Assembly (NCBI GenBank): GCA_965227695.1
Contig: OZ245760.1
Span: 174,619-238,618 of the forward strand
DNA length: 64,000 bases
DNA from: Gammaproteobacteria bacterium
Lineage (GTDB): Bacteria; Pseudomonadota; Gammaproteobacteria; UBA4575
Direction of reading: 5' to 3'
The notes under the pieces were generated by a model. The model worked only from the letters and a program-made list of their open reading frames with translations, was not told where the DNA came from and did not search any database. A program made the position numbers and the translations under genes. Of the stretch, positions 37,422 to 49,594 are shown piece by piece. How positions within the stretch are numbered: position 1 is the first letter of the stretch; every line of letters starts with the position of its first letter.

Positions 37422-38994
37422 ATTGAGTAGAAAAATAATCCTTCAGAAAAGAGTCAAAATCCTTTTCATCATTTTCTTCCATTTCTTTTTGTCTCAGTAT
37501 ACTCCGCTCAACTTCATCAGAGATTACACAACTCACGGTTTCACATTTTCCGCTATGTGCAAAATACTGGCTATAATCTTTTCCAAGTGCTTCTATATAT
37601 TGATAATAAGACACCTTATCATTGCGCATTGTTTCCAGCATCCGCGCCGAATAAGTATTTTCAATGTTCTCAACAGATGGATAATGCCGGTTTATTGCTT
37701 GCATATAACCAGGATTGCTATCTCCATTATCCATACATTCAGCGACTTCCTGCAGTCCGCCAAATATATCTTTTGCCATTACCCTTAATGGGACACTGCG
37801 GCCATTATTCCTCAGGTAAAGATCCTCCTTGCGGCCATGATGTGAAACTTCGTACTCATTAATATCAATTTCTTCACGTTCTTTTCTGTCAATTAATCGG
37901 TCGTCTGCCAACAAACAATAAACAAACAATACTTCCATAAACCTGAGCTGATCAATGGATACACCATATGGTGAAAATGGGTTCAGATCCAGCGATCTAA
38001 TTTCAACATACCGGACGCCCCTCTCTAATAGTGCATGGGTGGGCTTTTGATTCCTGTGTGCTAACTGTTTCGGCCTGACTGTACTGTAGTACTCGTTTTC
38101 TATCTGGAGAATATTGGCATTCAACTGTCGATAATCATCATTCACTTTCACACCAATATCTTGATAAGGCTGGTACGGTGTTTCAATCGCATGTGTCAGA
38201 CAACTCACGTAGTCATCAAGGCTGTCATAGCACGCCTTGATACCAATTTCATTTTCCCGGCTATTGGTATAACCGATATCACCCAAACGCAGTGAAGTCG
38301 CATATGGCGCATACAGGGTGTCTTGATCCCATTGTTGCAGATCTTTTACCCCTTCATGACTGAAACTTTTATCTACCGCCGGAGACGCGCCAAATAAATA
38401 CGGTACCAGCCAGCCTACTCTCTGAAGATTACGGATCAGCTTGAAATACTGTTCATTTATAAAGTGCTGCTCTGCACGCCTGTCTTGCTGACAGAACTGC
38501 CAGTTTGGCCAAAAGCTCAAAGGCATCGACAGGTTGACATGTATCCCTGCGATCACCTGCATGACCTTACCGTAGCGATAGCCAAGGCCGCGCCTGTAAA
38601 CGTTTTTCATTCTGCCAAGGTTGCTGTGACCATATTCTGCAATTCGAATATTATGCTCACCCTCTAACCTGCATGGCATACTTGCTGGCCATAAAAATTC
38701 ATCTTCCAGAAAAGGATAAACAAATTGATGTATTTGCCCCAGAAATTTCATGGCCTGTTCAGCCGTTTCATGGGCCGGGGTAACAAACTCAAGTAATGCC
38801 TCAGAATAATCAGTGGTAATATATCGATGAGTTAATGCTGAACCCAGGGCCAACGGGTGATCTGACATTGCAATAAATCCATCCGAACCTACCCGTAATG
38901 ATTCTTTTTCAATGCCTATTTTCCCCACCTTCAGCTGCGACTCTAACCCATGCTGATGAATTAAATTCAGGTTATGTTCAACAGATTTCCGCAT
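37411..38994 (-). CDS. gshA: Glutamate--cysteine ligase
   Basis: GIEKESLR, ITTDYSEALLEFVTP, RYGKVMQ.IAGIH.N, ATSLR, LQIENEYY and YVEIRSLD motifs. Confidence 0.95.
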   Translation of the reverse strand: MRKSVEHNLNLIHQHGLESQLKVGKIGIEKESLRVGSDGFIAMSDHPLALGSALTHRYITTDYSEALLEFVTPAHETAEQAMKFLGQIHQFVYPFLEDEFLWPASMPCRLEGEHNIRIAEYGHSNLGRMKNVYRRGLGYRYGKVMQVIAGIHVNLSMPLSFWPNWQFCQQDRRAEQHFINEQYFKLIRNLQRVGWLVPYLFGASPAVDKSFSHEGVKDLQQWDQDTLYAPYATSLRLGDIGYTNSRENEIGIKACYDSLDDYVSCLTHAIETPYQPYQDIGVKVNDDYRQLNANILQIENEYYSTVRPKQLAHRNQKPTHALLERGVRYVEIRSLDLNPFSPYGVSIDQLRFMEVLFVYCLLADDRLIDRKEREEIDINEYEVSHHGRKEDLYLRNNGRSVPLRVMAKDIFGGLQEVAECMDNGDSNPGYMQAINRHYPSVENIENTYSARMLETMRNDKVSYYQYIEALGKDYSQYFAHSGKCETVSCVISDEVERSILRQKEMEENDEKDFDSFLKDYFSTQYVR

Positions 38995-39066
38995 AGTCGA
39001 TATCTTTTATGGAAGGTATAATTGCCATTTAAATTATAATTATCCTGATTAATTAGGCTGGTACGC

Positions 39067-39771
39067 ATGTTCAAGTTAAAATTATATCAAAGCATGCCCT
39101 ATCGTTGTCCGTATATTCCCGCTAACATCGCCTACCACCACACTTCGGCACCGGGCGCAGGGTTATCAAAAAGTATTTATAGCCAGCTTATTAACCTGGG
39201 TTATAGACGCTCCGGAGAGCGCATTCATATACCCAATTGTCATACCTGTCAGCAATGCGTTTCTCTGCGTGTCCCGGTTGCCAGTTTTTCACCCAGTCGC
39301 AGCCAACGCAGGACCCTCAAAAAAAATAACTCGCTCAAAGCAGCCATTATCAGCCAACCGGATCCAGCTGAATATTATTCTCTCTACCAGACTTACATCC
39401 ATCATCGTCATCCTGAATCTGAAAATATGCATGACGTAAAAGCTACCTTCAGCGATTTCTTATTTAGCTCATGGTCCGAAAGTTTTGTCATTGAAATACG
39501 CCTGCCTAACAAAAAGTTAGTGTGTGTCTCAATTTGTGATCCGTTAAACCAGGGGTGGTCGGCTGTCTATACTTTTTATGACATTAATTTCACCGAATAT
39601 AGTTTGGGAACATACGCTATACTATCTCAAATCAATCTCCTGAGGCAGCACAAAATGGACTATTTATATTTGGGATACTGGATTCGGGATTGCAACAAAA
39701 TGAATTATAAAAAACAATTCAGACCCTGTGAGGGCTTCATTCAAAACCGCTGGACTTTAATCGATGAGTAA
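39067..39771 (+). CDS. bpt: Aspartate/glutamate leucyltransferase (bacterial ATE1-like, N-degron pathway)
   Basis: CPY, GYRRSG, C..CQQC, SAVYTFYD, SLGT and YLYLGYWI..C.KM.YK motifs. Confidence 0.88.
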   Translation: MFKLKLYQSMPYRCPYIPANIAYHHTSAPGAGLSKSIYSQLINLGYRRSGERIHIPNCHTCQQCVSLRVPVASFSPSRSQRRTLKKNNSLKAAIISQPDPAEYYSLYQTYIHHRHPESENMHDVKATFSDFLFSSWSESFVIEIRLPNKKLVCVSICDPLNQGWSAVYTFYDINFTEYSLGTYAILSQINLLRQHKMDYLYLGYWIRDCNKMNYKKQFRPCEGFIQNRWTLIDE

Positions 39772-40087
39772 CAGGAATAATTTTTCACCCGATTACTACG
39801 ATTTGCCTTCGACCGACCATATATCAAGATTGATAATGACAAACAGCCATTCCAGGGAGACGACCATCCTTGAAAACAAACCTGGCAAACAGGCCTCGGT
39901 AAAAATACTTTTTAATATTGCCAATTCTAATAACATGCATATTTCCGCGGGCGAAGCACAACATGGTCTTTTACTTTTTGGCGACTATGTACTTGAAGAA
40001 ACACAACAGCCCGGGGCTCATCCTAATATTCGCCTGCTCATGGACATAGTCGAAAATAAAGAAGCGTGGTCAGTGACCGTCGAATGA
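39764..40087 (+). CDS. DUF2322 family protein
   Basis: LPS.DH, ENKPGKQ.S, GL.LF and PGAHPNI.LL motifs. Confidence 0.7.
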   Translation: MSNRNNFSPDYYDLPSTDHISRLIMTNSHSRETTILENKPGKQASVKILFNIANSNNMHISAGEAQHGLLLFGDYVLEETQQPGAHPNIRLLMDIVENKEAWSVTVE

Positions 40088-40624
40088 TGTATTAATCCTG
40101 TTCCAGTCAAACGCGTCACCCGGATCGGTTTTTCGACCGGGGGCTATATCGCTATGCCCCACTATCTGATTGCTGCTTAAGCCCGGATAATTCATTTGCA
40201 AACACAGTACTGTTGTACGCAACACCCGATACTGCGCATCTGTATATTGAATTTTATCCGCACCTTCCAGCTCGATACCAATCGAGAAATCATTACAACG
40301 CCGACGATTTTGAAAACAGGACTCTCCTGCGTGCCAGGCTCGTTTATCAAAGGGCACAAACTGTATCAATTTACCACTACGCTCAATGAACAGGTGACTC
40401 GATACCTTAATATTTCCAATTTCTTTGAAATACGGATGCGCTTGAGTGTCTAATTTATTCAGGAAAAAATCTTTGACATATTCACCCCCGAACTGATTAG
40501 GGGGCAGGCTGATATTATGCACAACAATCAAGTCAATGTCAGAATCCCGCGGACGTTCATCATGATTTGGCGATTCAATATATTCAGCGCCGACAATACA
40601 GTGAGTGGTGGGGTCAATTCGCAT
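40070..40624 (-). CDS. ampD: 1,6-anhydro-N-acetylmuramyl-L-alanine amidase
   Basis: SPNHDERP, HNISLPP, VSSH, RAWHAG, CNDFSIGIELEG and GHSDIAPGRKTDPG motifs. Confidence 0.95.
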   Translation of the reverse strand: MRIDPTTHCIVGAEYIESPNHDERPRDSDIDLIVVHNISLPPNQFGGEYVKDFFLNKLDTQAHPYFKEIGNIKVSSHLFIERSGKLIQFVPFDKRAWHAGESCFQNRRRCNDFSIGIELEGADKIQYTDAQYRVLRTTVLCLQMNYPGLSSNQIVGHSDIAPGRKTDPGDAFDWNRINTSFDGH

Positions 40625-40679
40625 TTATTTATCTTGAATTCATTCTCTTCACATACAAATTTCACATATGCATTTATCA

Positions 40680-41085
40680 AAAAGTATATAACAACTCATT
40701 CGCGATAACCTCCAATCGGTCGGATACATGTTCTAGCGGTATTGGCGGCATCAATGGAACGACCTGCACCACCTCATTACCATCATCGACCACTTTTCTC
40801 TCTTCTTTGAATAGATTACTTACTGACTCTGTGGCTCTGTCAAACTTCACTGGTAACGGAAGTATCCGGGGCACCGTCAGTCAGACCGGGCCATTGTTTA
40901 CCAATGAAACAAACGGCGATGACGGATTTATCGATTCCCGCAGTGGGAATGTAAATACATCAGGCAGACTACGGGTGATTTACGATTACAGCGAACACCC
41001 TCCTGTCCCACTACCTGCCGCTTTCTGGTTCTTTGCCTCTGCACTGACAATTTTGATCTACTTTAAGAAAAGCAGATGTCACTAG
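40680..41085 (+). pseudogene. 5'-truncated VPLPA-CTERM surface-protein remnant
   Basis: Ends in HPPVPLPAAFWFFASALTILIYFKKSR but has no in-frame ATG/RBS or signal peptide outside ampD; left boundary approximate. Confidence 0.6.
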
Positions 41086-41154
41086 GTAATATCGATACTC
41101 TTTAATACAGGTAGATGCGTATCTGATGTACGTGCCTTAATATTTCATTCAAAC

Positions 41155-41188
41155 AAAAAAGCCCCGCAGAATTAATTGCGGGGCTTTT
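41155..41188. terminator. Bidirectional intrinsic terminator downstream of groEL
   Basis: AAAAAA-GCCCCGCA-gaattaat-TGCGGGGC-TTTT. Confidence 0.88.
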
Positions 41189-41212
41189 CAAAAGTGACTG
41201 ATGGAATTAAAA

Positions 41213-42862
<1,650 letters not shown>

Positions 42863-42905
42863 TTACCTTCGTTTAAATTTAGTTTAAAAATTGATGTAAG
42901 TTTGC

Positions 42906-43196
42906 TTACCCTTCGATAACAGCCATCACGTCATCTTCACGCATAACCAGCAGATCTTCGCCCTCGACTTTTACCTCTGTGCCTGAATATTTTCCAAATA
43001 ACACAGTGTCGCCTACCTTGAGATCCAATGGACGCACTTCACCGTTATCACTGATTTTTCCATTTCCCACGGCAAGCACTTCTCCCTTGATCGGCTTTTC
43101 GGTCGCAGAATCAGGAATAACAATACCACCAGGGCTGGTGCGCTCTTCTTCCATTCGTTTAACTACTACACGGTCGTGTAAAGGTCGTAAATTCAT
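42906..43196 (-). CDS. groS: Co-chaperonin GroES
   Basis: [23 protein letters not shown] and FGKYSGTEV motifs; AGGAG RBS. Confidence 0.99.
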   Translation of the reverse strand: MNLRPLHDRVVVKRMEEERTSPGGIVIPDSATEKPIKGEVLAVGNGKISDNGEVRPLDLKVGDTVLFGKYSGTEVKVEGEDLLVMREDDVMAVIEG

Positions 43197-43261
43197 GCCT
43201 TATTTCTCCTGACAGATAATTAACTGCAAATTCTTTATAAATTAGAGAGTTACTGAATTTG

Positions 43262-43288
43262 TTAGCACTCTCTTTGAATGAGTGCTAA
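43262..43288. promoter_or_regulatory. CIRCE element (HrcA operator)
   Basis: Exact TTAGCACTC-N9-GAGTGCTAA upstream of groES. Confidence 0.95.
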
Positions 43289-43315
43289 TAATACGGTTCA
43301 CAATACCTTTGTCAA
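43288..43315 (-). promoter_or_regulatory. Sigma70-type promoter of groESL
   Basis: TTGACA (43315-43310)-N16-TATTAT (43293-43288), abutting the CIRCE. Confidence 0.7.
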
Positions 43316-43331
43316 GACGATTTTTAAAGTT

Positions 43332-43793
43332 TTACACTTCATCATCTTTCTTGTATTCCCCCTCAATAACATCCTGGTTTTGTCGCTTAGAATGACCCCC
43401 GGCTTGTGACCGGTAAGTAAACCCATTGCCTGTCATAGTAAAATTTTTCAGAAAACGGGCAATAATGGCCTGGCGAGTCCAGGGAATTAAGCACAGGAAA
43501 CCAATCGCGTCGGTCAGAAAACCAGGCGTCAGTAGCAATGCACCGCCAAAAACCAGGGCTATCCCCTCCAGCATGGTATTGGCAGGAAGCTGCCCGGTCG
43601 AAACCTGTTGCTGAAATCTGGCCATGGTACTGAACCCCTGGGCACGAAGCAGGGTCACACCAAGCAGGGCAGTAATAATTACTAGCAGTACGGTAGGCAA
43701 TGCACCGATGAGACCACCAATCTGTATAAATAAATAAATCTCGATCAGGGGAACGCCAATGAACAGCGTAAAAAGTATCGGGAAAGCGCGCAT
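43332..43793 (-). CDS. fxsA: FxsA family membrane protein
   Basis: PLIEI, LLLTPGFLTDAIG and C-terminal VIEGEY motifs; canonical position next to groES/cutA. Confidence 0.92.
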   Translation of the reverse strand: MRAFPILFTLFIGVPLIEIYLFIQIGGLIGALPTVLLVIITALLGVTLLRAQGFSTMARFQQQVSTGQLPANTMLEGIALVFGGALLLTPGFLTDAIGFLCLIPWTRQAIIARFLKNFTMTGNGFTYRSQAGGHSKRQNQDVIEGEYKKDDEV

Positions 43794-43878
43794 TAGTCGA
43801 GTCTAGTCTTGCAGTGCATGAGTCATATATAGTGGCGACTAAAAGTAATTACAATAGCTTGAGAAAAAAATTATAAAA

Positions 43879-44211
43879 ATGCCTTCATCGAATCATGCCG
43901 ACACACTGGTGGTGTTAACCACAATCACTGACATTGATAAGGGAAAACAACTCGCCCGTCAGATAATCAGCAATCATCTGGCAGCCTGCTGCAACATAGT
44001 GCCGCAAATCACCTCTGTCTATTACTGGCAGAATGAACTGTGCGAAGATCAAGAGTGTCTACTGGTAATGAAAACAGCCCGGCACCGGTTTAATGAATTG
44101 AACAACTATATTCATGCCCAGCATCCATATGAAACACCGGAAATCATCGCGATACCAATCACTGCAGGTTCACAAGAGTACTTATCATGGGTTATGAAAG
44201 AAACCAGTTAA
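43879..44211 (+). CDS. cutA: Divalent-cation tolerance protein CutA
   Basis: LAACCN, SVYYW, MKT and HPYETPEIIA motifs. Confidence 0.92.
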   Translation: MPSSNHADTLVVLTTITDIDKGKQLARQIISNHLAACCNIVPQITSVYYWQNELCEDQECLLVMKTARHRFNELNNYIHAQHPYETPEIIAIPITAGSQEYLSWVMKETS

Positions 44212-46064
44212 CCAGGCAATCACTATGGCCTATCGCCATATTTGTATTTTTACTGAGCTGTCTTTTCAGTCAATCACATGCCTCCGGATTATTCGGCGAC
44301 TCAGGACAGGATGACTTCCTCAAAGTTGATGAAGCATTTCAACTCACATCAACAATCACTTCAGACAACCAGATAAAATTACTTTGGTCTATTGCTGATG
44401 GTTACTATCTATACAGAAAACGTATCAATGCCAGCAGCGAACAGGCGGGTGTCACTATCGGTGAACTCGAATTGCCAGCAGGCAAAACCTACCATGATGA
44501 ATTTTTTGGCGATGTCCAAATCTATGAAAACAGTCTTGAAATTGATCTGCCGGTCACTGCGCAACATAGTTCTATTGAGGTTGTCGTTGGTTACCAGGGT
44601 TGTGCCCATGCCGGCTTATGTTATCCGCCGGTTCAAAAAACGCTCGCGCTGCAATTACCAGCCGCATTGACGAGCAGCGCTTCAACCGACAACCCGGTAA
44701 AGTCGTCAACCGTTAACAGTGAAATACCATCAGGCGTCAATGAAGAAGACAGTATTCTCGCCGATCTTAAAAATGCCAATCCGGTTTTCGCATTAATACT
44801 GAGCCTGGGATTTGGGATATTAGTGGCTTTTACCGCTTGCATGTATCCCATGATTCCGATACTCAGCTCCCTTATCATGGGTCAGGGTGAAAACATCACC
44901 ACCTTCAAAGCCTTTACACTCTCCTTGAGCTATACACAGGGAATCGCCATTACCTTTGGTATTCTCGGGGCCATTATGGCTGTGATTGGCGAGGCCCTTG
45001 GCATCCAGGGCAGCCTGCAGACACCCTGGGTATTAATCCCTTCTGCCCTGCTTTTTATCGGTCTGGCGCTGTCCATGTTTGGCTTTTATGAAATTCAGGT
45101 GCCAAGCGCCCTGCAGAGCCGGTTAAACGCTCGCAGTAATCAACAGCAGGGGGGCTCTCTGGCTGGCGTGGCAATGATGGGAGTACTTTCTGCGCTGATT
45201 GTTGGTCCATGCGGCGGGCCAATTTTACTTGCCGTGCTGGCATTTGCTGCCCAGTCACAAAACCCACTGGCAGGATTTCTCTATCTGTGGGTATTTGGCA
45301 CAGGCATGGGGCTTCCACTCCTGGTGATGGGCTCCGGCGGGGGCGCTTTATTACCAAAGGCCGGCACCTGGATGGAAAAAGTCAAGGCTACCGGGGGTGT
45401 CATTTTAATTGGCCTGGCGATCAGCTTCCTGGAAAGGCTTAGCCCAACCTATATACCGCCTGCCATTATTATGCTGATGTGGGGGAGCCTGCTGGTGATT
45501 GTCGCGATTTACCTTGGCGCTTTGCAGTCCCTGCCTGAACAAACCAGCGGATGGAGCAAATTCTGGAAAGGAACTGGCATTGTACTGTTGATTTATGGTG
45601 CTGCATTTCTGGTTGGCATTGCCGGCGGAGGTAAGGATACTGTCAAGCCATTAAGCGGCATCATCAGCGCCGGCCCTGCCGGCAGCAGTCAACATCCTGC
45701 TTTTACACGTATAAAAACCATCGAAGACTTGCAACGAGAACTTAGCGCCGCCAAAGCTGCGGGCAAACCGGTGATGCTGGACTTTTACGCTGACTGGTGT
45801 GCCTATTGCAAAGTGATGGAAAAGAAAGTTTTCCCGGACCCCGAAGTCGTTGCCGCACTTCAGGGGGTTGTAACACTGCAGGCAGATATTACTGTTCAGG
45901 ATGAACACGATAAGGCGCTTTCCAGACACCTGAATATGCCTGCACCTCCCGTGTTATATTTTTGGGACCAGCATGGCAATGACCTGCGCAGTCAACGCCT
46001 CACCGGCAGTGTCACCGCCGAGCAGCTGGCCCGGCACCTGCGCGCACTCTTTGGCGAACAATAA
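44187..46064 (+). CDS. dsbD: Thiol:disulfide interchange protein DsbD
   Basis: [34 protein letters not shown] and [11 protein letters not shown] motifs. Confidence 0.95.
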   Translation: MGYERNQLTRQSLWPIAIFVFLLSCLFSQSHASGLFGDSGQDDFLKVDEAFQLTSTITSDNQIKLLWSIADGYYLYRKRINASSEQAGVTIGELELPAGKTYHDEFFGDVQIYENSLEIDLPVTAQHSSIEVVVGYQGCAHAGLCYPPVQKTLALQLPAALTSSASTDNPVKSSTVNSEIPSGVNEEDSILADLKNANPVFALILSLGFGILVAFTACMYPMIPILSSLIMGQGENITTFKAFTLSLSYTQGIAITFGILGAIMAVIGEALGIQGSLQTPWVLIPSALLFIGLALSMFGFYEIQVPSALQSRLNARSNQQQGGSLAGVAMMGVLSALIVGPCGGPILLAVLAFAAQSQNPLAGFLYLWVFGTGMGLPLLVMGSGGGALLPKAGTWMEKVKATGGVILIGLAISFLERLSPTYIPPAIIMLMWGSLLVIVAIYLGALQSLPEQTSGWSKFWKGTGIVLLIYGAAFLVGIAGGGKDTVKPLSGIISAGPAGSSQHPAFTRIKTIEDLQRELSAAKAAGKPVMLDFYADWCAYCKVMEKKVFPDPEVVAALQGVVTLQADITVQDEHDKALSRHLNMPAPPVLYFWDQHGNDLRSQRLTGSVTAEQLARHLRALFGEQ

Positions 46065-46222
46065 GCAGCTTTTCATCCCGCATAATACTGCAATCTTGCT
46101 GTAAAAATCCCATAGTTTGCCGCTATTTTCGTCTATCTTGGGTTTTGTTAGACAGCTATGGCATTTTACGGCACAATGCTCGGCAAAATACACACAACCT
46201 GTATACGAATCTGAATCTGCGC

Positions 46223-46663
46223 ATGAGCAATATCCTTCTACTGAATGGCCCCAATTTAAATTTACTTGGCACGCGTGAACCTGACGTGTATGGCTACGAA
46301 ACACTGGAAGATATTGTTAATCTGCTAACCACACATGCCCGCGGCATGGGACATGACTTACAACATTTCCAGAGTAATGCAGAGCATGAGCTCATTAACA
46401 GATTACATGCCGCAAAATCTCAGGCCGTTGAGTTTATTATCATTAATCCCGGCGCATTCACGCATACCAGCATCGCGCTAAGAGACGCTTTTCTCGGGGT
46501 GGCCATACCATTTATCGAAATACATATCTCAAACGTATATGCCCGCGAGTCATTTCGTCAGAAATCATACCTGTCTGATATCGCGGTAGGAGTGATTTGC
46601 GGCATGGGAACGTATGGATATCAGCTTGCAGTGAATGTCGCAGACAACCAGTTAACCAAATAA
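46223..46663 (+). CDS. aroQ: Type II 3-dehydroquinate dehydratase
   Basis: [16 protein letters not shown] and [15 protein letters not shown] motifs; start placed at the ATG at 46223. Confidence 0.95.
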   Translation: MSNILLLNGPNLNLLGTREPDVYGYETLEDIVNLLTTHARGMGHDLQHFQSNAEHELINRLHAAKSQAVEFIIINPGAFTHTSIALRDAFLGVAIPFIEIHISNVYARESFRQKSYLSDIAVGVICGMGTYGYQLAVNVADNQLTK

Positions 46664-46676
46664 CAGAATCAGTCAT

Positions 46677-47144
46677 ATGGATATACGCAAAGTAAAAAAA
46701 CTTATCGAACTGCTGGAAGAATCCGGTATCGCAGAAATTGAGATCAAAGAAGGTGAAGAGTCAGTGCGCATTAGTCGCAATAGCTCCGAGTCGACACAAG
46801 TACCAATACAGTATGCCGCCGCACCCGTTACAATGCCGACACCCGTGCCAGATACATCCGCTTCAGGAACACCCGCCAAAGACACAAGTCCGGACAGTGA
46901 CACTATCAGTGGCCACCAGGTGACTTCCCCCATGGTAGGCACCTATTATGAAGCCCCCTCGCCGGGCGCACCTCCGTTTACAGAGGTCGGCAAGCAAGTC
47001 AAGGAAGGGGAAGTACTATGTATAATTGAGGCAATGAAAATGCTCAATCAGATAGAAAGCGATAAATCTGGTACGGTCAAGGCAATACTGATAGAGAATG
47101 GTCAACCTGTCGAATTCGGGCAGCCATTGTTCATCATCGAATAG
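46677..47144 (+). CDS. accB: Acetyl-CoA carboxylase biotin carboxyl carrier protein
   Basis: [18 protein letters not shown] and EAMKM biotinylation motif. Confidence 0.97.
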   Translation: MDIRKVKKLIELLEESGIAEIEIKEGEESVRISRNSSESTQVPIQYAAAPVTMPTPVPDTSASGTPAKDTSPDSDTISGHQVTSPMVGTYYEAPSPGAPPFTEVGKQVKEGEVLCIIEAMKMLNQIESDKSGTVKAILIENGQPVEFGQPLFIIE

Positions 47145-47319
47145 CCATATTGGTACACCTGTAACACTTTAATTACCATGCTAACCATTGTTTTAAGCAA
47201 CCTGGTCTATGCATTTTTATCCGGCTTTGCTGATTGTTGCCGTCGCCGTACATATGACTTGCAAAATTTCCGCTCAAGTCCCAGCAAAACGCTGAAACAC
47301 TCAATTAAGTTAACCCGCT

Positions 47320-48666
47320 ATGCTAGAAAAAGTTGTAATTGCCAACCGCGGTGAGATAGCTCTTCGCATACTTCGCGCCTGTCGCGAACTGGGCATCAAA
47401 ACCGTGGCCGTTCACTCCACGGTTGACCGTGAATTAAAACACGTCAAACTTGCAGATGAATCTGTTTGTATTGGCCCACCTCCTTCTACGGAAAGTTATC
47501 TGAACATCCCGGCGATAATCAGTGCGGCAGAACTTACAGATGCCAGTGCCATACATCCCGGCTATGGCTTCCTGTCTGAGAATGATGATTTTGCTGAACG
47601 CGTGGAATCAAGTGGCTTCATTTTTATTGGACCTACAGCCGAAACGATTCGCCGCATGGGCGATAAAATTTCTGCCAAGAACGCCATGCAGGAAGCTGGT
47701 GTGCCCTGCGTACCTGGTTCGGCCGAACCACTGACAGATGATTTTTCCCTGAATTCAAAATTAGCCCACGAAATTGGTTACCCGGTCATTGTTAAAGCAG
47801 CGGGTGGCGGCGGCGGACGTGGCATGCGTGTCGTTCGCGGCGATGAAGAATTGGCCGATGCAGTATCTCTCACACGGGCCGAAGCGACAGCCGCTTTCAA
47901 TAATGGCACGTTATACATGGAAAAATTTTTAGAAACACCGCGCCATATTGAAATACAGGTACTGTCGGACACACATGGCAATGCCCTCTATCTTGCTGAG
48001 CGCGACTGTTCCATGCAGCGCAGGCACCAGAAGGTTATTGAAGAAGCACCCGCGCCGGGACTTACCGAGAAAGAAAGGAAGTTCATAGGTCAGCGCTGCG
48101 CGGATGCCTGTAAACTACTTGGTTATCGGGGTGCAGGCACATTCGAGTTTCTATATGAAAATGGTGAATTTTATTTCATTGAAATGAATACGCGTGTTCA
48201 GGTAGAACATCCCGTCACTGAATATATCACCGGCATTGATATCGTTAAACAGCAGCTACTGATTGCCGCGGGCGAACCCCTGTCGATGAAACAGGAAGAT
48301 ATCCATATTAATGGTCACTCAATTGAATGCCGGCTTAACGCGGAAGATCCCGATACTTTCATTCCCTGTCCCGGCAAGATAACACGCTATCACAGCGCTG
48401 GCGGATTTGGTGTAAGAGTAGATTCTCATATTTACTCCGGTTATACGGTGCCACCTTATTATGACTCGATGATAGGGAAACTCATCACTTATGGAGAAGA
48501 TCGTGAGACTGCGATCAAGCGCATGCAGGGCGCGTTACAGGAAATGATCATTGACGGCATCAAAACCAATATACCCCTTCAGTTAAGACTGCTGTCTGAT
48601 CCGGGATTTTGCAAAGGTCAGATCGATATACATTATCTTGAACGTTTGTTAGAGGGCAGTCGATAA
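47320..48666 (+). CDS. accC: Biotin carboxylase
   Basis: [25 protein letters not shown] and [10 protein letters not shown] motifs. Confidence 0.97.
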   Translation: MLEKVVIANRGEIALRILRACRELGIKTVAVHSTVDRELKHVKLADESVCIGPPPSTESYLNIPAIISAAELTDASAIHPGYGFLSENDDFAERVESSGFIFIGPTAETIRRMGDKISAKNAMQEAGVPCVPGSAEPLTDDFSLNSKLAHEIGYPVIVKAAGGGGGRGMRVVRGDEELADAVSLTRAEATAAFNNGTLYMEKFLETPRHIEIQVLSDTHGNALYLAERDCSMQRRHQKVIEEAPAPGLTEKERKFIGQRCADACKLLGYRGAGTFEFLYENGEFYFIEMNTRVQVEHPVTEYITGIDIVKQQLLIAAGEPLSMKQEDIHINGHSIECRLNAEDPDTFIPCPGKITRYHSAGGFGVRVDSHIYSGYTVPPYYDSMIGKLITYGEDRETAIKRMQGALQEMIIDGIKTNIPLQLRLLSDPGFCKGQIDIHYLERLLEGSR

Positions 48667-48678
48667 CCGCTCACACGC

Positions 48679-49545
48679 ATGCTCCAACTAAGAATACAGA
48701 CCGTTGCTGAGTCAGCAGAACACATTGAAGAGTTATTGTTTAACTGCGGAGCGGTCAGTATTGCCTATGAAGATGCTGCAGATGAACCAATACTGGAACC
48801 TGAGTTTGGCACCCATCCTTTATGGTCAACGCTGTTTATGCAGGCTAATTTTACATCCGCTGAAAAAGTACAGATTGCATCAAAAGCTCTGCAGAATAAC
48901 CAGCTTGTTAAACAACATATTGTCCTCAGACAGGTTGATGATCACGACTGGCAAGGCGAGTTTCAGCAACAGTTTTCCCCGATGAAATTTGGCGATCTGT
49001 GGATTTTTCCGTCATGGGAAGACAACCCGGATCCCCAAGGACTGAGTCTGCAACTTGACCCCGGCCTGGCTTTTGGTACAGGCCACCACGCCACTACCAG
49101 CTTATGCCTGCAGTGGCTGAGCACAGCACCATTAAATGGCCAGCAAGTTGTCGACTTTGGTTGTGGTAGCGGCATATTGTCGTTAGCTGCCTATCAGCTT
49201 GGAGCCCGGCATGTCTATGCCATTGATATCGATCCTCAGGCGTTAATGGCCACCGAACAAAATATCATTCGCAATCAGTTACCACTTGACTGTTTCACTA
49301 TCGGCAATCGTGATTGCCTGACTCAAGGTCATGTCGATATTATCGTGGCTAATATTCTTGCCGCGCCATTACTTGACTTTTACGATTTTTTTTATCAGTT
49401 ACTCGCTCCGCAAGGCACTCTCGTCGTATCCGGAATACTGGACTCACAGATAAAAACAATCACCCGGCACTATGCTTCATGCTTTAACGACGCGCAAATT
49501 ACCCGGCAAGATGAATGGGCGTGCATCTCGTTTCAACGTAGCTAA
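48679..49545 (+). CDS. prmA: Ribosomal protein L11 methyltransferase
   Basis: LDPGLAFGTGHH.TT, DFGCGSGIL and ANILA motifs. Confidence 0.95.
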   Translation: MLQLRIQTVAESAEHIEELLFNCGAVSIAYEDAADEPILEPEFGTHPLWSTLFMQANFTSAEKVQIASKALQNNQLVKQHIVLRQVDDHDWQGEFQQQFSPMKFGDLWIFPSWEDNPDPQGLSLQLDPGLAFGTGHHATTSLCLQWLSTAPLNGQQVVDFGCGSGILSLAAYQLGARHVYAIDIDPQALMATEQNIIRNQLPLDCFTIGNRDCLTQGHVDIIVANILAAPLLDFYDFFYQLLAPQGTLVVSGILDSQIKTITRHYASCFNDAQITRQDEWACISFQRS

Positions 49546-49594
49546 CGCGTAAAAAGGCCTGGGGTCTGTGAACGATTCTCGGTAAACTTGTTAC

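Noticed and set aside
47145-47319. Unusually long accB-accC gap with a possible 58-codon ORF from 47178
   Set aside because: No RBS, overlaps the accC start out of frame, and has no recognisable motif or RNA structure.
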